Shown here one piece after another: positions 41,701 to 54,629 of a stretch of 64,000 nt of DNA. Made by a program: the position numbers and the translations under genes. Position 1 is the first letter of the stretch; each line of letters starts with the position of its first letter. A model generated the notes under the pieces. That model saw only the letters and a program-made list of their open reading frames with translations, was not told the DNA's origin and did not search any database. The stretch comes from Pavona decussata (lineage: Eukaryota): positions 372,001 through 436,000 of the forward strand of contig CDRNST010000282.1 of assembly GCA_977016875.1 (NCBI GenBank). Direction: 5' to 3'.

Positions 41701-43469
41701 TTTTCTTGGCAAAGCCCAATGCATCTTAATTGTAATACGTGAAATTGTACATCATGCCACATCCTGAAATTTTCAGTACAAGGCTTTCCCTTGCATGTAG
41801 GAAAAATCATTCATGCAGTGCGTGCCAGAAAAAGAAAAAAAAAACTATTTAGTGAGCGATCAACATTTCGGCAATTATCAGTTCGCTTTTTGAATGTTAT
41901 AAATATTTTGATCGTCTGTTTTTAATCGGAACTATTTTAAGATAAGAGAAAGGGAAAAGGCTCTAAATTTTCAGTTTTAGTACGTGATTCACAAGTATGG
42001 TTGAAAGGCTACATGAAAGCTTCATAAACGGCGCTAACGTCTGTACCTGTAAATTTCTAACCCACACATATGAACAAGATTTGATATGACGTGGCAAAAA
42101 CTGACCAGCAAAGTCAACTTTATACTGTGTAAGATTTTGAAAGATAATGAGCAACATTTTTTAGTTTATAATGAACGCTGTGATAGTCCCCTTAAGGGGG
42201 TGACCGCCATTTCCAAGTAGCGCAAACGTGAAAATATAGTGTGTGCGAGAAGCTGATCCAATATAGGTGAAATTATTTTTTTCGAAATATTCACAGCTTG
42301 CAAGCCTAGGTTATCCAACAAAAATTATCGATCCTGGAAAACTTAAAGGGGGTTTGGCTTTGTTTTGAAGCGCATCGTAGCAGTTTCAGTTCAGTTTTCA
42401 CACCTCGGTGATTTTTCCGGTTTACTTGCAGCACAAATGGAAATCAGACTGAAAACGTGACTGTACGTTTCCGAGAATAGCCACTACTTCCTCGAATTTT
42501 ATTTCTAGGTCTTATTATCCGTCTCATCGCTACCCATCCTTCGAAATTGAAACTTGTCTTGTCAATCATACCATACCTTCATATCATACCTTATAAGGAA
42601 GAGGTAAGGCAACTTTCTGTTCTTTAAACAGAACTAATATATTGTCAACGTTGAGGGGCCGAAATTTTTGAAACAGCAACTTGAAGCTGAATAAAGGCTT
42701 CAAATAAATAATAAAATCCAAAAAGAATCAGAGTTCTAGAAATCTAGAAACAAATTGTAATTCTTTTTTATCATTGTAATTGCAATTTTAATTTAGGCCT
42801 GTTAAAAAGAAATCATGTGCCACTTCCAGCACTTTCAAATTAGCAAAAAGACAAAGTTTGTAATGAAAAAAATTTACGGGCGTTGATACTGAGCAGGAAA
42901 TCAAAACAGCTGTAAGCATCTAAATAAACATCAAAACAGGTGTGTATCCAGTCAATTGTAGAACGCACCAACTAACAACTTTCCTGAAGAAAAAAGGCTT
43001 CTTTCATCATTCCTGACGCAAAATGCCTCCAATAATCAACTTAGAATACTACGGCCAGTGACAATATGCTGTTACACTTTCGCCTTTATCGCGTATCCCT
43101 CCCTTTCGCGGCACCATTCAATGTTGTTTAAAAAACTTAAACGCCCCGCAAAGGACGTCATGTTCCTTGCGCTGCCTAACATTGCACAGGGGAAACGAGG
43201 CGGGAGGTCGAACGACTTATGAAACTCGCTGTAGTCCTCTTTTCCTGAGATAACGACATAGGCCATGAAATTGTGAGCCGATTTCCTTACCATTAGAATT
43301 CGTCAACCTCTTAAGATTGAAGTAGTTTCGCGCCACGTGTGCCGTAATTTAAGAATGGCTGGCAAGATTGTTAACCTTCTGTTAGAGTATCTGACTCACC
43401 TGAGTTATTGGAAGACATGTACAGAGGCAATACGAGAAGAAATGAAGTTAAGAACGCAATTTGCGACAT
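28999..43469 (-). CDS. Receptor tyrosine kinase copy C (same architecture, divergent V-set domain and signal exon)
   Basis: Exons: 43469-43400 (signal [23 protein letters not shown]), 41126-40728, 40214-39951, 39629-39505, 38540-38470, 37963-37824, 37574-37308, 37000-36731, 36273-36163, 35604-35583, 34995-34956, 33864-33585, 33278-33168, 32913-32723, 32026-31904, 31277-31207, 30527-30487, 29980-29884, 29098-28999 (931 codons). The terminal exon near 28790-28941 is unresolved. Confidence 0.92.
29644..29733. repeat. (TTTC)n(TTTG)n microsatellite; shorter paralogue at ~8765-8840
   Basis: Direct reading. Confidence 0.9.
34475..34812. mobile_element. Tc1/mariner-type MITE, specific to copy C
   Basis: TA|CAGTCAATCCAGGTCACGCGTGAAC...GTTCACGCGTGACCTGGGTTGACTG|TA; empty site tgttaaaagg at 13541-13550. 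Confidence 0.88.
38616..38812. mobile_element. Tc1/mariner-type MITE, specific to copy C
   Basis: TA|CAGAGCGACGCGCCTTACCG...CGGTAAGGCGCGTCGCACTG|TA, TIR about 45 bp; empty site near 18523. Confidence 0.85.
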
Positions 43470-43692
43470 CACTTTTCCGTATAACTCGCACCTAACTTAA
43501 CTTGACCACTTCAAAAACTGCTTGTTACAAAAGCATAAACAAGGAACTTACATCAGCTGTCTAACTGTAAAATGGAATTACGAACAAGCGCTTTTGGTCA
43601 AAAAAGGTCATAAGTACATTTCCGGATGTATTCCGAGAAATGTTTTTGACTTTTCTATTTCAATCCTTTGATAATAATTTGCAAGTAAAATG

Positions 43693-43797
43693 TTATCTTG
43701 TGACAAACATGGGACAGGGAAAAAAAATTGAGTTCTCGAAAAGAATTGAACCCCGAGCTTCTGCACGCCGATAAGATACTCCAAGCATTGAGCTACT
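43693..43797 (-). mobile_element. tRNA-derived SINE head upstream of RTK copy C
   Basis: Minus strand reads AGTAGCTCAATG (A-box-like) ... GGGGTTCAATTC (B-box-like) ... GAACTCAATTTTTTTTCCCTGTCCCA. No complete cloverleaf. Confidence 0.55.
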
Positions 43798-44097
43798 GGG
43801 AGGTAATATGGCGAGATACATGAACATCATACAATCGGAAAGCAGTATTAAACAGTTAGCATTTGAAAGTTAAAAGAGCGGGCGATACTCAGTCTTTTGT
43901 GAATTCGCGGTAAAAAATTTGATGGAGTTCCTAAGTCTCTATGCCTTAAATCCAAAACATTTGGAAATCGATATCGGTAAAACTAAAAATAGATATAATG
44001 GAATAATGACGATAACATCAGGGATCGCGCGTTGCAGCAGTGTCTTATCCCACCCAGCTCAAATAATTAAAAAGTAAAATTTTGCTTTCGCGTGCGG

Positions 44098-44455
44098 TTG
44101 AATTCTTAGACAGATAATTGCTTAAAGATACTGTGAATTGGCACCAGTTCATCCGGATCAAGGCTATGATGGTAATTACGGTAATTTCCGTTCCATATGC
44201 CATTGCGAACAGGGACGAAAAAGAAAACTACCTTACATGTCATGCTATTTTAATACATGCAAAAGTGCTCAGTAGCGTTTCAGTTTTACTTCCGCCTTTC
44301 AGTGGAATTCTTAGACAGTAAAATTTATTGCCTGAATACGTTGTGAGTTCGCACAAATTTATCGATCAAGGCTATGATGGTGATTACGGTGATTTCCGAT
44401 CCATACGCCATTACTAAGAAAGACGGAAAGGAAAACTGCTTTGCATGTCATGGTT
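44098..44455. repeat. Diverged direct duplication, period about 205 bp
   Basis: gaattcttagacag...gatcaaggctatgatggt...catgtcatg occurs twice. Confidence 0.7.
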
Positions 44456-44898
44456 TTTGATTTTGTTGTGTGTTCATTTTCGTTTCATCAAAGGCTGTAA
44501 TTACATTTTAACGGATTACAAGAATTGGTCTTCCGCCGACTGCCCATTTTCAGTAGAGGGTTTGGCCTTAGTAATTGCATACCACTTCTTCAGGCGGATG
44601 CCAGTCCCTTTTGATCCACTTTGACAGCTAGGTTTCAGCTCCTCTTCTCCTGACTATCAATACCATCCTGAACGGGAAAATGAACAATATATATTGTTTG
44701 TGTCTCAGCGAAAATTAATCCTCGACTGAATTGTGTGGTTTTCTCTTTCTAGAAATTTTGTGTTGCCCTTTGGAACGTTACTTGCTCGAGACGTCATCCA
44801 TTCATCATGTACCTTATTGATAACATAGTTTGCCAACGGTCACGCGATGACAGAAAGATAATTGGAGAGCGTTTGCCAGCACAATGGCAGCCTCTCTT

Positions 44899-45203
44899 TA
44901 ACAATTAAATTATGAGCTCGAGATTTCTATCGCGTGATAGTTGATGAGGGCGAAGCCCGAATCAACTATCACGCATAGAAATCGAAAGCGAATAATCTAA
45001 TTGATTTAGTATAAATCTACTAGTCGTTCAAAACTTAATACCTAAATTATCTATTTCCTCATCGAAGGCACTTCGAAAACGCGAAGAAGCGGGCGCCATT
45101 TTGTTGAAAATCGCTACTCACTATCTATCACAAAATAGATAGCGAGTAGCGTAGCCAATCAGAGAACGGAATTCGTGATAGAAAACTAGTAGATCTATAC
45201 TAA
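44899..45203. mobile_element. Non-autonomous element with terminal hairpin and subterminal inverted repeats
   Basis: Hairpin gatttctatcgcgtgatagttgat / atcaactatcacgcatagaaatc; inverted tagtataaatctactagt / actagtagatctatacta. Splits one unit of the 176-bp repeat family. Confidence 0.65.
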
Positions 45204-47312
45204 TACTGTTTATATGCTAAGCAATACGTTTGTATTCAAAGAATGAGAGGACGCCGTAAGTAGACATAAAAATGAAAAAAAAGAGCTTAAAAAACCACGA
45301 AGACGCGTTTTTGCTCCTTCCCCTTAAGTTTCTTTTTCAAATTTTAACTAAACTTTCTTGAGCATATCACGGCCCTGTGCGAATACGTTTACAAAAGTAT
45401 ACCAAATAGTAAAGTGAAAGAGAAAAAACAAATCATCCAACATTTTAGTCAGTCTAAAACTAGAAAGGAGGGAAAAAATCATCCAACATTTCAATCAGTC
45501 TAAAAATACAAAATAATGGTAGTAAGTGGGATTTAAAACATTATTATAAAACTGAAGTTTTAAAGTATCTCTTTAAATGTTACATACTGGAACAGTCTTT
45601 GGGACAGGCTGTGTAGAGAGTCCAAAAGTGTTACTGTAAGGTACGATGAGATCTCTGACCTGTAAACAGATTAACAGGCGAAAGTCACAGAGCTCCACAA
45701 ATCACCCTCAACACAGTCAATTCAGTCACCCTCTAACCATGAGACCCATCCCACATCCAACACAAATGTGCGAAAAGCTGATTCGGTCAAAAGATTGAGA
45801 TTAAAAGAAATTAGGTAGAAGTTATGCATACCTTTCGGTGAACAATCTAGTTCAGCCTTGAAGTCATCTCAATGACTGATGGTTTGGGGAAAACCTTCAA
45901 AGAACTGTACAAAACTTAATACCAAGTACTGCTGATGGCTGAGAGGCACCAATGAAGAACCCTAACGGGCTAGAAGACAGGGTGGATTCCTGACCTACTT
46001 GAAGTAACCATTGTTTTATGTGCTGTTTCCTTCTTTCATTTTTTATTCTTGCGTAAAAAAAAATATTTAGAATGGCACGTTACAATGAGTCAAACTTAGG
46101 TGTGTAACAGTAGACAATGTAGCCTGTAGCATTTTCGTCCAAGATTTCTCTCACAAGGCTAGAAGACATTCTTTTTAGCTTAAGAAGTATGTCCAAGAGG
46201 AGAGAATGCAAGTTAGACTGGTCTTTGCTTTTCAGAAAAAATTCCCTTTTCCTTTATTCTTTCACGTACCCAATTTTACTGCCGTGCAGAAAGTTAGACC
46301 TAGCTGTAAACTTCGTTACGTTTACTTCAAGGACGCCAAAAAGATTATTTGGAAACTGCGCTGATGTTTGTGAAAGTTGCATTGAAAGTGAAAGTTTGGT
46401 ACTTATCATATTTAGTTTTTAATTAGAAGTTAAAAGTTAGTGATGAGTTCTTCGCACTAGATTTATTATTCTTCAGTTCACGATTTATTGCTTGGCGTTT
46501 CAAAGGCGTCAATGTGCAGGGAAATCAAACAGCTGAGTGGTTAAAAGAGCTGCAAGAGGGGATGAATGGGTGAATCTGAAGCGTCTTTTTCGACTCCAAA
46601 GAGAAATAATAATTGCATTTTACAAGGAAAACGGAGAACCCATAATATGCTGTTGGACTAGAAGCAAATCGAAGGATCTGTTGGGGGTTATGTGGTCTTA
46701 CATACCGCATGGTGCCATCGCTTCGTGGGTTTTCATATCAAGCGGAGCAGTTGCGCTGTGACGAGGACTACTAACTAAAGTTGATGATGTGAGAATTTTT
46801 GTTGAGTGATCTTGATGTACAAACGTCTGTCTGTAATCCGTATTGTGTAGCTTATGGATGACATGGTTTGTCATCGGCCGCGCGATGGCAGAGGATAATT
46901 GGCGTCCCTTCGCGAGCACCATGGCAGCTTCACTTGCTGCTCATCAACAAAGTATTCCATTTGTTTTATACCTATCGACGTACAATGGACGTATTTTTTA
47001 ACGTAGAGATTAGAATAAACGAGCTAAAGGAACCTGACAAAGGTGTGTTGTAGCTCCTTTCCCGTTTTCCTTTTTCAATTTTTGATTAAGACTTTAATGA
47101 ACAATCCCAGTCCTATGGGAATATTTATACAAAAGGAGACTGAAACAGTCTAAAATAGAAAATTGAAGTGAGTCGTTTTTATTAATCATTCTAAAAAATA
47201 CGTCTAATAATATCTATATAAGCGAAAGATACCAGGCCAGTATTTGGGACGTTCCATGTATAGAATACTATATTGATACTGTACGGTATGACAAGGCCCT
47301 TTTGACCTGCAT

Positions 47313-48203
47313 ACAGATTAAACTGGTAATCTTCAATCTGTATATAACATTGTGCAGCTTATAGGATGACATGGCTTGCCAAAGGTCACGCGATGGAGGA
47401 AGAAAATTGGAGAGCGTTTGCCAGCGCAATGGCAGCCTATCTTACTGCTCATATGCTAAGTAATACGTTTGTTTTAAAGAATGGGCGGACAGATTAAACA
47501 GGTAATCTTAAATCTGTCTGTAATATTGTGTACCTTATTGATGACATAGTTTACCAACAGTGGCGCGGTGGCAGGAAGATAATTGGAGAGCGTTTGCCAG
47601 CATGATGGCCGCCTCTCTTACTGCTCACATACTAAGCAATACGTTTGTTTTAAAGAATGGGCGGACAGATAAAACAGGTAATCTTGAATCTCTCTGTAAT
47701 ATTGTGTATATTATTGATAACATAGTTTGCCAACGGTCGCGCGAGGGCAGGAAGATATTTGGAGTGCGTTTGCCAGCGTGATGGCAGCCTCTCTTACTAC
47801 TCATATACAAAGAAATGCGTTTGTTTCAAAGAATGGGCGGACAGATTAAAGAGGTAATCTTGAATCTCTCTGTATTATTGTGTATATTATTGATGACATA
47901 GTTTGCCAACAGAGGCGCGATGACAGGAAGATAATTGGAGAGCGTTTGCCAGCGTGATGGCAGCCTCTCTTACTGCTCACATACTAAGCAATACCTGCAA
48001 TACGCTTGTTTTAAAGAATAGGCGGACAGATTAACAGGTAATCTTAAATCTGTCTGTAATATTGTGTACCTTATTGATAACATAGTTATCCAACAGTCGC
48101 GCGATGGCAGGAAGATAATTGGAGAGCGATTGCCAGCATAATGGCAGCCTCGTTTACTGCTGATATGCTAAGCAATACGTTTGTCTTCAAAGAATGGGAG
48201 GAC
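47313..48203. repeat. 176-bp tandem repeat, 5 units
   Basis: The acagattaaacaggtaatctt motif starts at 47313, 47489, 47665, 47841 and 48026. Confidence 0.9.
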
Positions 48204-51016
48204 GCCGTAAGTAGGCGTAAATGAAGAAAAGGGCTAAAGGAACCGCGAAGATGTGTTTTTGCTCCTTCCCCTTAAGTTTCTTTTTCAATTTTTAATTAAA
48301 CGTTATTGAACAAATCTCGGCCCTGTGCGAATACGTTTACAAAAGGATACCAAACAGTAAAGTGAAAAAGAGAAAAAAAAATCATCCAACATTATAATTA
48401 GTCTAAAAATAGAAAATAATGGTAGTAAGTGGAATTTAAAATTATTATAAAACTTAAGGTTGAAAGTATCTGTTGAAATGTTAGATAATGGAACAGTCTT
48501 TTGGACATGCTGTGTAGAGAGTCCAAAAGTGTTTCTGTAAGGTAGGAGATCTCTCACCTGTAAACAGATTAACAGGCGAACGTCAGGAGGTCCACAAATC
48601 ACCCTCAACACAGGACTCAATTCAGTCACAATCTAACCATGAGACCCGTCCCATGACTTGGTCAAAAGATTGAGATTAAAAGAAATTAGGTAGGAGTTAT
48701 GCATACCTTTCGACACCTTTTAAACGGCAAAATCAGCAAAGGTGCAGGTCACGGTGCAGTGGAAGATTTGTTATCGATTTGTCCTCTCCCTGGACCATTT
48801 CTCGCCACATTTGGCTTGAAAAATTGTCTTCTGGTACCACTAGGTGCATATAAATGCACCTTCTGTTTAAAACAGGATAAGACAACTTACTGAAGTAATG
48901 AGCTATTTCCATTAAAAGACTTTGACCAGTAAAATGAAATAGGCTACTCAGCTACTCCACCAACTTCATATGCCTTTTGACCACACCAGCCAACACAATG
49001 CTATAAAACTTTTAAAATGAAGGAAAATTGTTTGTTTCCTAAAGTACAACTACTTCATTCATCTATAAATAAAATGTTCTATGAAGTACACTTAATTTTA
49101 ATCGTGGGGGAATTTCTTTTCATGCAATGGTGTAGAACTATTATAAGTACGAAAACTATCTCCGTACTGAAGAATAATAATCAGGCAATCATCCTCACAA
49201 CCTGCAGTCACCACTTTGTATAACCACTGGTAATTGCGTTCCTAACAAGGGCAAAGGGCTAGACACACAAAATGCAACTGTTTCATCCAAAAGACGTTAC
49301 CAGTGAACATTCTGACTCAGTCGTAAAGCCCTCAAACGACTGATGGTTTGGGAAGAACCTTTAAAAACTGTACTTCTGTTAATGATGCAATTTCCTTTTC
49401 TCTTTGTGTAAGCAGCGGTAATTCCGTTGATAACGAGGGTGAAGAGCTAGACACACAACACTTTGCAAATATTTCATCCAAACGAGACGTTGCCGGTGAA
49501 CAAGCTGGTTCAGCCTTGAAGTCATCTCAATGACTGATGGTTTCGGAAAAATCTTCAAAGAACTGTACAAAACTTAATACCAAGTACTGCTGATGGCTGG
49601 GAGGCGCCAATGAAGAACCTAAACGGGCAAGAAGACAGGGTGGATTCCTGACCAACTTGTAGTAACCATTGTTTTATGTGCTGTTTCCTTCTTTCATCTT
49701 TTATTCTTGCGTAAAAACAATATCTAGAAAGGCACGTTACAATGAGTCAACTTTAGGTGTGTAACAGTAGACAATTTAGCCTGTAGCAGTTTCTTCCAAG
49801 CTTTCTCTCGCAGGTTAGAAGACACTTTTTTCAGCTTAAGAACTATCTCCAAGAGGAGACAATCCAAGTTAGACTGGACTTTGCTTTTCAAAAAAATACC
49901 CCTTTCCTTTATTCTTTCAAGTACACAACTTTTACTGCAGAAAGTTAGACCTGTAAACTTCGTTACGTTTATTTTTTAAGGACGCCAAAAAGATTATTTG
50001 GAGACTACACTGATGTTTGTGAAAATTGTATTGATGAAATCTCCTGGAAACTTTCTTGTTGCTGGTTTCTGTGAACGGGGTTGCCACAGTACCTCAAGTC
50101 AGTTATTTCGGTTAAATTTAAAGTTGATATTTATCTTCCACATGTATATCGTTTGCTCTTTAATAAAGCAAAGAGAATGAATAATATTTGATTAAGTTTA
50201 GTGCTATTTATCACAAACGTTAAGGAACATACAAAATTAAACTATCGGCCCGGTGGGTGATGTTTGGGAGCTTCCTTTAAAGAACACAAGCAAATAATTA
50301 AATAAATGTATTGTAATAATACTGTAATAATAATAGTATTATAGTGTTTTTGTATTTGTCCAAAAGTGTGATAAGTATAGTTGTACGTCCTTGTTTAACT
50401 GCAATAAAATTCTTCATTTAAAAAATAAACAACAACAACTAATAAATCAAAATTAATTTTTTTTCAAAGTTCACAACTTCATTGTGGTTGATACACTACT
50501 GAATGATCCATTTCATTTACATTTTTATAGATATGAAAAAAGAAACATCGATGTAACTTCCTCTTGACGATGCATCTCATTTAAACTGCACAATAGAATC
50601 AACTCGAACTCAGTTAACACGAGGAAAATCCGATTTCCCCTTGATTTGATCCCATTTATTCAGCCATTTACTATCAGCTAGCTCGAACTGTCTGCTAACG
50701 GCTCAAATTTAACACGGAAACTGGAACTCTAACACTCAATTAAATTATCAAAACGTTGGTCAGGAAACCTGAATATGCCGGGACTGAGGTAGCTCAGTGA
50801 CGTGTCGAAATCTTCAATCTATATTAATAACGTGTGCTATATATGGAAACGGCTCATGAGGCCTTTGTTTTGTCCTTAAAATGTTCCTAGACACCCTTAT
50901 CAAAAGGCCCTTGTAAAAACTGGTTGTACCAAGATGATTCGTGATTGTATATACTAAGTAATAAAACGACGATATTTCATTAATTATGTTTTATTGATAT
51001 TTGTTCAGTTATTTGT

Positions 51017-51160
51017 TGCCCTGTCAATGGACATCAACCAACCATTGTTACCTAGGAAAAAAATGGAACTCAGCTGCAGAAAGGTGAAACAATATGTCCA
51101 CCATTGCCATTGTGGAAAAAGAAGACTTTGGAGTCTACATCTGTACTGCTACAAATTGCT
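51017..51160 (+). pseudogene. I-set Ig domain pseudo-exon
   Basis: CPVNGHQPTIVT*EKNGTQLQKGE, then a frameshift, then STIAIVEKEDFGVYICTATN. The conserved Trp codon is TAG at 51053-51055. Confidence 0.65.
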
Positions 51161-54068
51161 TAACTAAAATGGGACCATCCACTATCCTGCCTAACAGAAG
51201 ATAATTGTTGTCATTGACTGTGGCGTCAATCCTCGTTCTCTTGCTCGCAAGGACTTACTGAAAAGTGATAAAAGTAAAATTTTACATGTTATACCGCAGT
51301 ACATGTGATGATGGCTGGTTGCTCAGTGCAAAAAGTGTTATGGAGTGCATGTAAACGTATAGTGATTGTTTTACGCACTTGTGAAGAGTTAGAAAAAACG
51401 GAGCTACGTTTGTGTGGATTATCAGTACTGAATAGATGCTTATAATTATATGTAAAAGAATACTTGCTTCAATTGAAACCGGGGTATGTGCACAGCGTGA
51501 TAATTTACGGTATAAAAGGAAGCGCAAACAACAATGTTAGCGTTAAAAATACTATGTGCTGGCACTCTGTGACCGTCCATTGGTCGAGGAAAGACAACAG
51601 TGGATCCTTTAATCTTGGCTATTGTCAATATGAAATGAATTGACATAAAATTACCATGTCTTCCTCATGATGTTTGGTTTTATTCAACGGTAAAAAATGA
51701 CAAAAAGGGCAAGTTTAGCAGACAGAAATTATACTACCCACAGTTAACCCATAAAGCCACAATGCTTACCAGCATTGACTACTTCATCATTTGTGGCTGT
51801 GAAAATAAAGGACATAAGTACTCAATTTTAAATGTATTCAATGAATTGTCCTAATAGTTTCCACTTTTGTGTATATGGAGAACATGGAGAACTGAAGAAA
51901 ATACATATCTAAGCTTTCGCTAAGCAGTTACCCAACATTGGTACCGTTGAACTCCCAAGGAAAACCGAAAATAGAATTAGCGGTACTTAGGGTGTTCAAT
52001 TTCAATCAGCCTTTATTAAAAAAAAAATGTTTTAAACGATAAACATCGCTGTTGCTTCCCTTTGGCTGTGCCTTTCATTTATATTGAGCACCACCTAAAC
52101 AGAACACTGACGATGACGCCAACTCTATTATACTATTCTGTAAAACCCCCTTTTTAAATTACAGTCGCCACTGTAATACGCAATGCTGCTCTAACCTGTC
52201 ACCAATATACGAATATTTGAAGTTCATTTTAAACCCCTATATTTCAGACTGGAATTACATTCCATCAAACATTATGCCAGCATCTTCTTTTAGATTACTG
52301 GCGCTGAGTTGTGAACATTGTTATGAACATCTTTTGATTGCTTCGTTTATTATATAGTGAGTGATTATCATTTAAGAACTTTTGAATTACATTGTAAATG
52401 ATTTTATTTTTTTTATTTTTTGCTACAAGTATAATTTTAAGACTTTTAACATTGGAGAGTAATCATTTCACCCCTTTTATTCTCCAGTCATTTAAGTCCG
52501 GGTTTGTAGTACATGTACCTTTAAAAACATTGGAATCCAAAGTTTATTCATGCAAAAGCATTATCATTGTAACCAACTTTGTTATTAGTTTTGAAATTTG
52601 AGGATGGGTTCCAGAATTAGAAAGATTTTTCTTGGGAAACAAGAATATCTTCAGAAGTTTTCAACAGCATTCAACATAGGAAGCAAGAAAGTGAAGGCAC
52701 AGCTGCTACTTATCAATGGCAGGAGAAAGGAAATATTGCATTGATGCAATGATACGTGTTCCTCACATCTCTGTATTTCATATCTCTGCAAAGAATGCTG
52801 CCACCGTACAAAGGCCCCAAAGAAAGTATTTCTCGATGTAATGTTGTCCACTTGGCAGGGTTGAAGTAATCGAAAAAGTAAACGTAGTCCACGTAATTGT
52901 GAACAAAGGAGAACGTACTCCGTGTTTCGATAATCTTTTTACCAGCATCTTTTAAGCTGACTGGCCTGTATAAGAGGGCCTATCTTCAGGAAGATGGAAT
53001 GTTTATTATCCACACCCCAATACTTTAGAGTAAGAGCCTTGCTAGTGTTATGTTGATTTGGATAGTCTCAGCATTTATTTTTGGTCGCACTACAATTTAG
53101 TATGTTTAAAATCAACAATTGAACGTGAAAGTTTGGTAACTATCATATTTAGTTAACGTTTTTAATTATAAGTTAACAGTCTGTGAGTTGTTCGCACTAG
53201 ATTTATTATTTCTCAGTTCACTATTTATTGCTTGACGTTTCAAAGGCGTCAAGGTGCAGGGAAACCCTACAGGTGAGTGGTTAAAAAAGCTGCAAGAGGG
53301 GATAAATGGGGCGTTAAAGAGCAATAATATTTGCATGTTACAAGGAAAACGAGGACTCCATTGACAAATCTCATAATATGCCGAGGGACTGGAAGCAAAT
53401 CGAAGGATCTGGTGGAGGTTATCTGGTCTTATATACCGCATTGTGCCATCGCTTCGTGCGTTTTTCACATTAAGCGAAGCAGTTGCGCTGTGACAAGCAC
53501 TACTAACTAAAGTTGATGATGTGAGAATTTTTGTTGAGTGATCTTGATACCCAAACGTCTGTCTGTCATCCGCATTGTGTAGCTTGTGGATGACATAGTT
53601 TGTCATCGGCCGCACGATGGCAGAAGATAAATAGAGAGCATTTGCAAGCACCATGGTAGCTTCACTTGCTGCTCATATACAAAGTGTTCCGTTTTGTTCT
53701 ACGCCTTTTGTAAAGTCGGTTGGGATAAGAAAAAACGAGCTAAAGGAACCTGACGAATATGTGTTGTAGCTCCTATCCCCTTCTCCTAAATTGTTAAGAC
53801 ATTTATGAGCAATCCCAGTCCTGTGGGAATATTTATACAGAAGGACACTATGTATTAAAGTGAACGAGAGGGAAAACAAGTCATCCAATATACTAATCAG
53901 TCTAAAATAAAAAAAAAAAATGTAGTGAGTTTTTTTTATTAATCATTCTAAAAATTACGTCTGATAGTATCTATGTAAACGTTAGATACTGGGGCAGCAT
54001 TTGGGACGTGCCATGTATAGAATACTACATTGATACTGTACGGTATAACAAGGCCCTTTGACCTGTAA

Positions 54069-54386
54069 ACAGATTAAACAGGTAATCTGTATGTAGTTTT
54101 TTGCAGCTTATGGATGACATAGTTTGCCATCAGTCGCGCTATGACACTGGAAGATAATTGGAGAGCGTTTCCCAGCGTGATAGCAGCCTCTCTTACTGCT
54201 CATATGCTAAGCAATACGTTTTTTTTTTTGAAGAATGGGCAGACAGATTAAACAGGTAATCTTAAATCTGTCTGTAATATTGTGCAGCTTATGGACGACA
54301 TAGTTTGCCAACAGTCTCGCGATGGCAGGAGGATAATTGGAGAGCGTTTGCCAGCGTGATGGCAGCCTCTCTTACTGCTCACATAC
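54069..54386. repeat. Two more units of the 176-bp repeat, the second truncated
   Basis: Units start at 54069 and 54243; the second breaks at ...cacatac. Confidence 0.85.
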
Positions 54387-54629
54387 AACGCGTTCCAAAC
54401 TAATTTGTTGCATTACATTTTAGAGAAATTCGGTGCAAGATAACCACAACGCACCGAAGAATTTTGCCAATCCGTGCGAAGTAGAGCATTTCATCGGAAG
54501 AAAATTTGCTTTCCGTCAAGTTCATTAGAGGCACGATTTAAAATATTACAATTCCGTAAAAATCACACTATTTTATTCCATTTCGAGCAAGCCTAATAAC
54601 AAGAATACAGTTTACTGTTCCAAACAGGA

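Larger units (their letters stand above)
45207..54386. repeat. Decayed local duplications
   Basis: ~45207-45835 resembles ~48157-48712; ~45836-46385 resembles ~49495-50035; ~46385-47560 resembles ~53125-54386. Confidence 0.8.

Noticed and set aside
43693-43797. tRNA gene
   Set aside because: A/B-box-like motifs only, no acceptor stem; better explained as a SINE head.
52600-53030. Possible further decayed coding exon on the plus strand
   Set aside because: Coding-like composition but stops or frameshifts, and no motif I can support.
53166-53654. 162-aa ORF
   Set aside because: The paralogous region 46525-46922 is frameshifted and overlaps the repeat family; no motif recognised.
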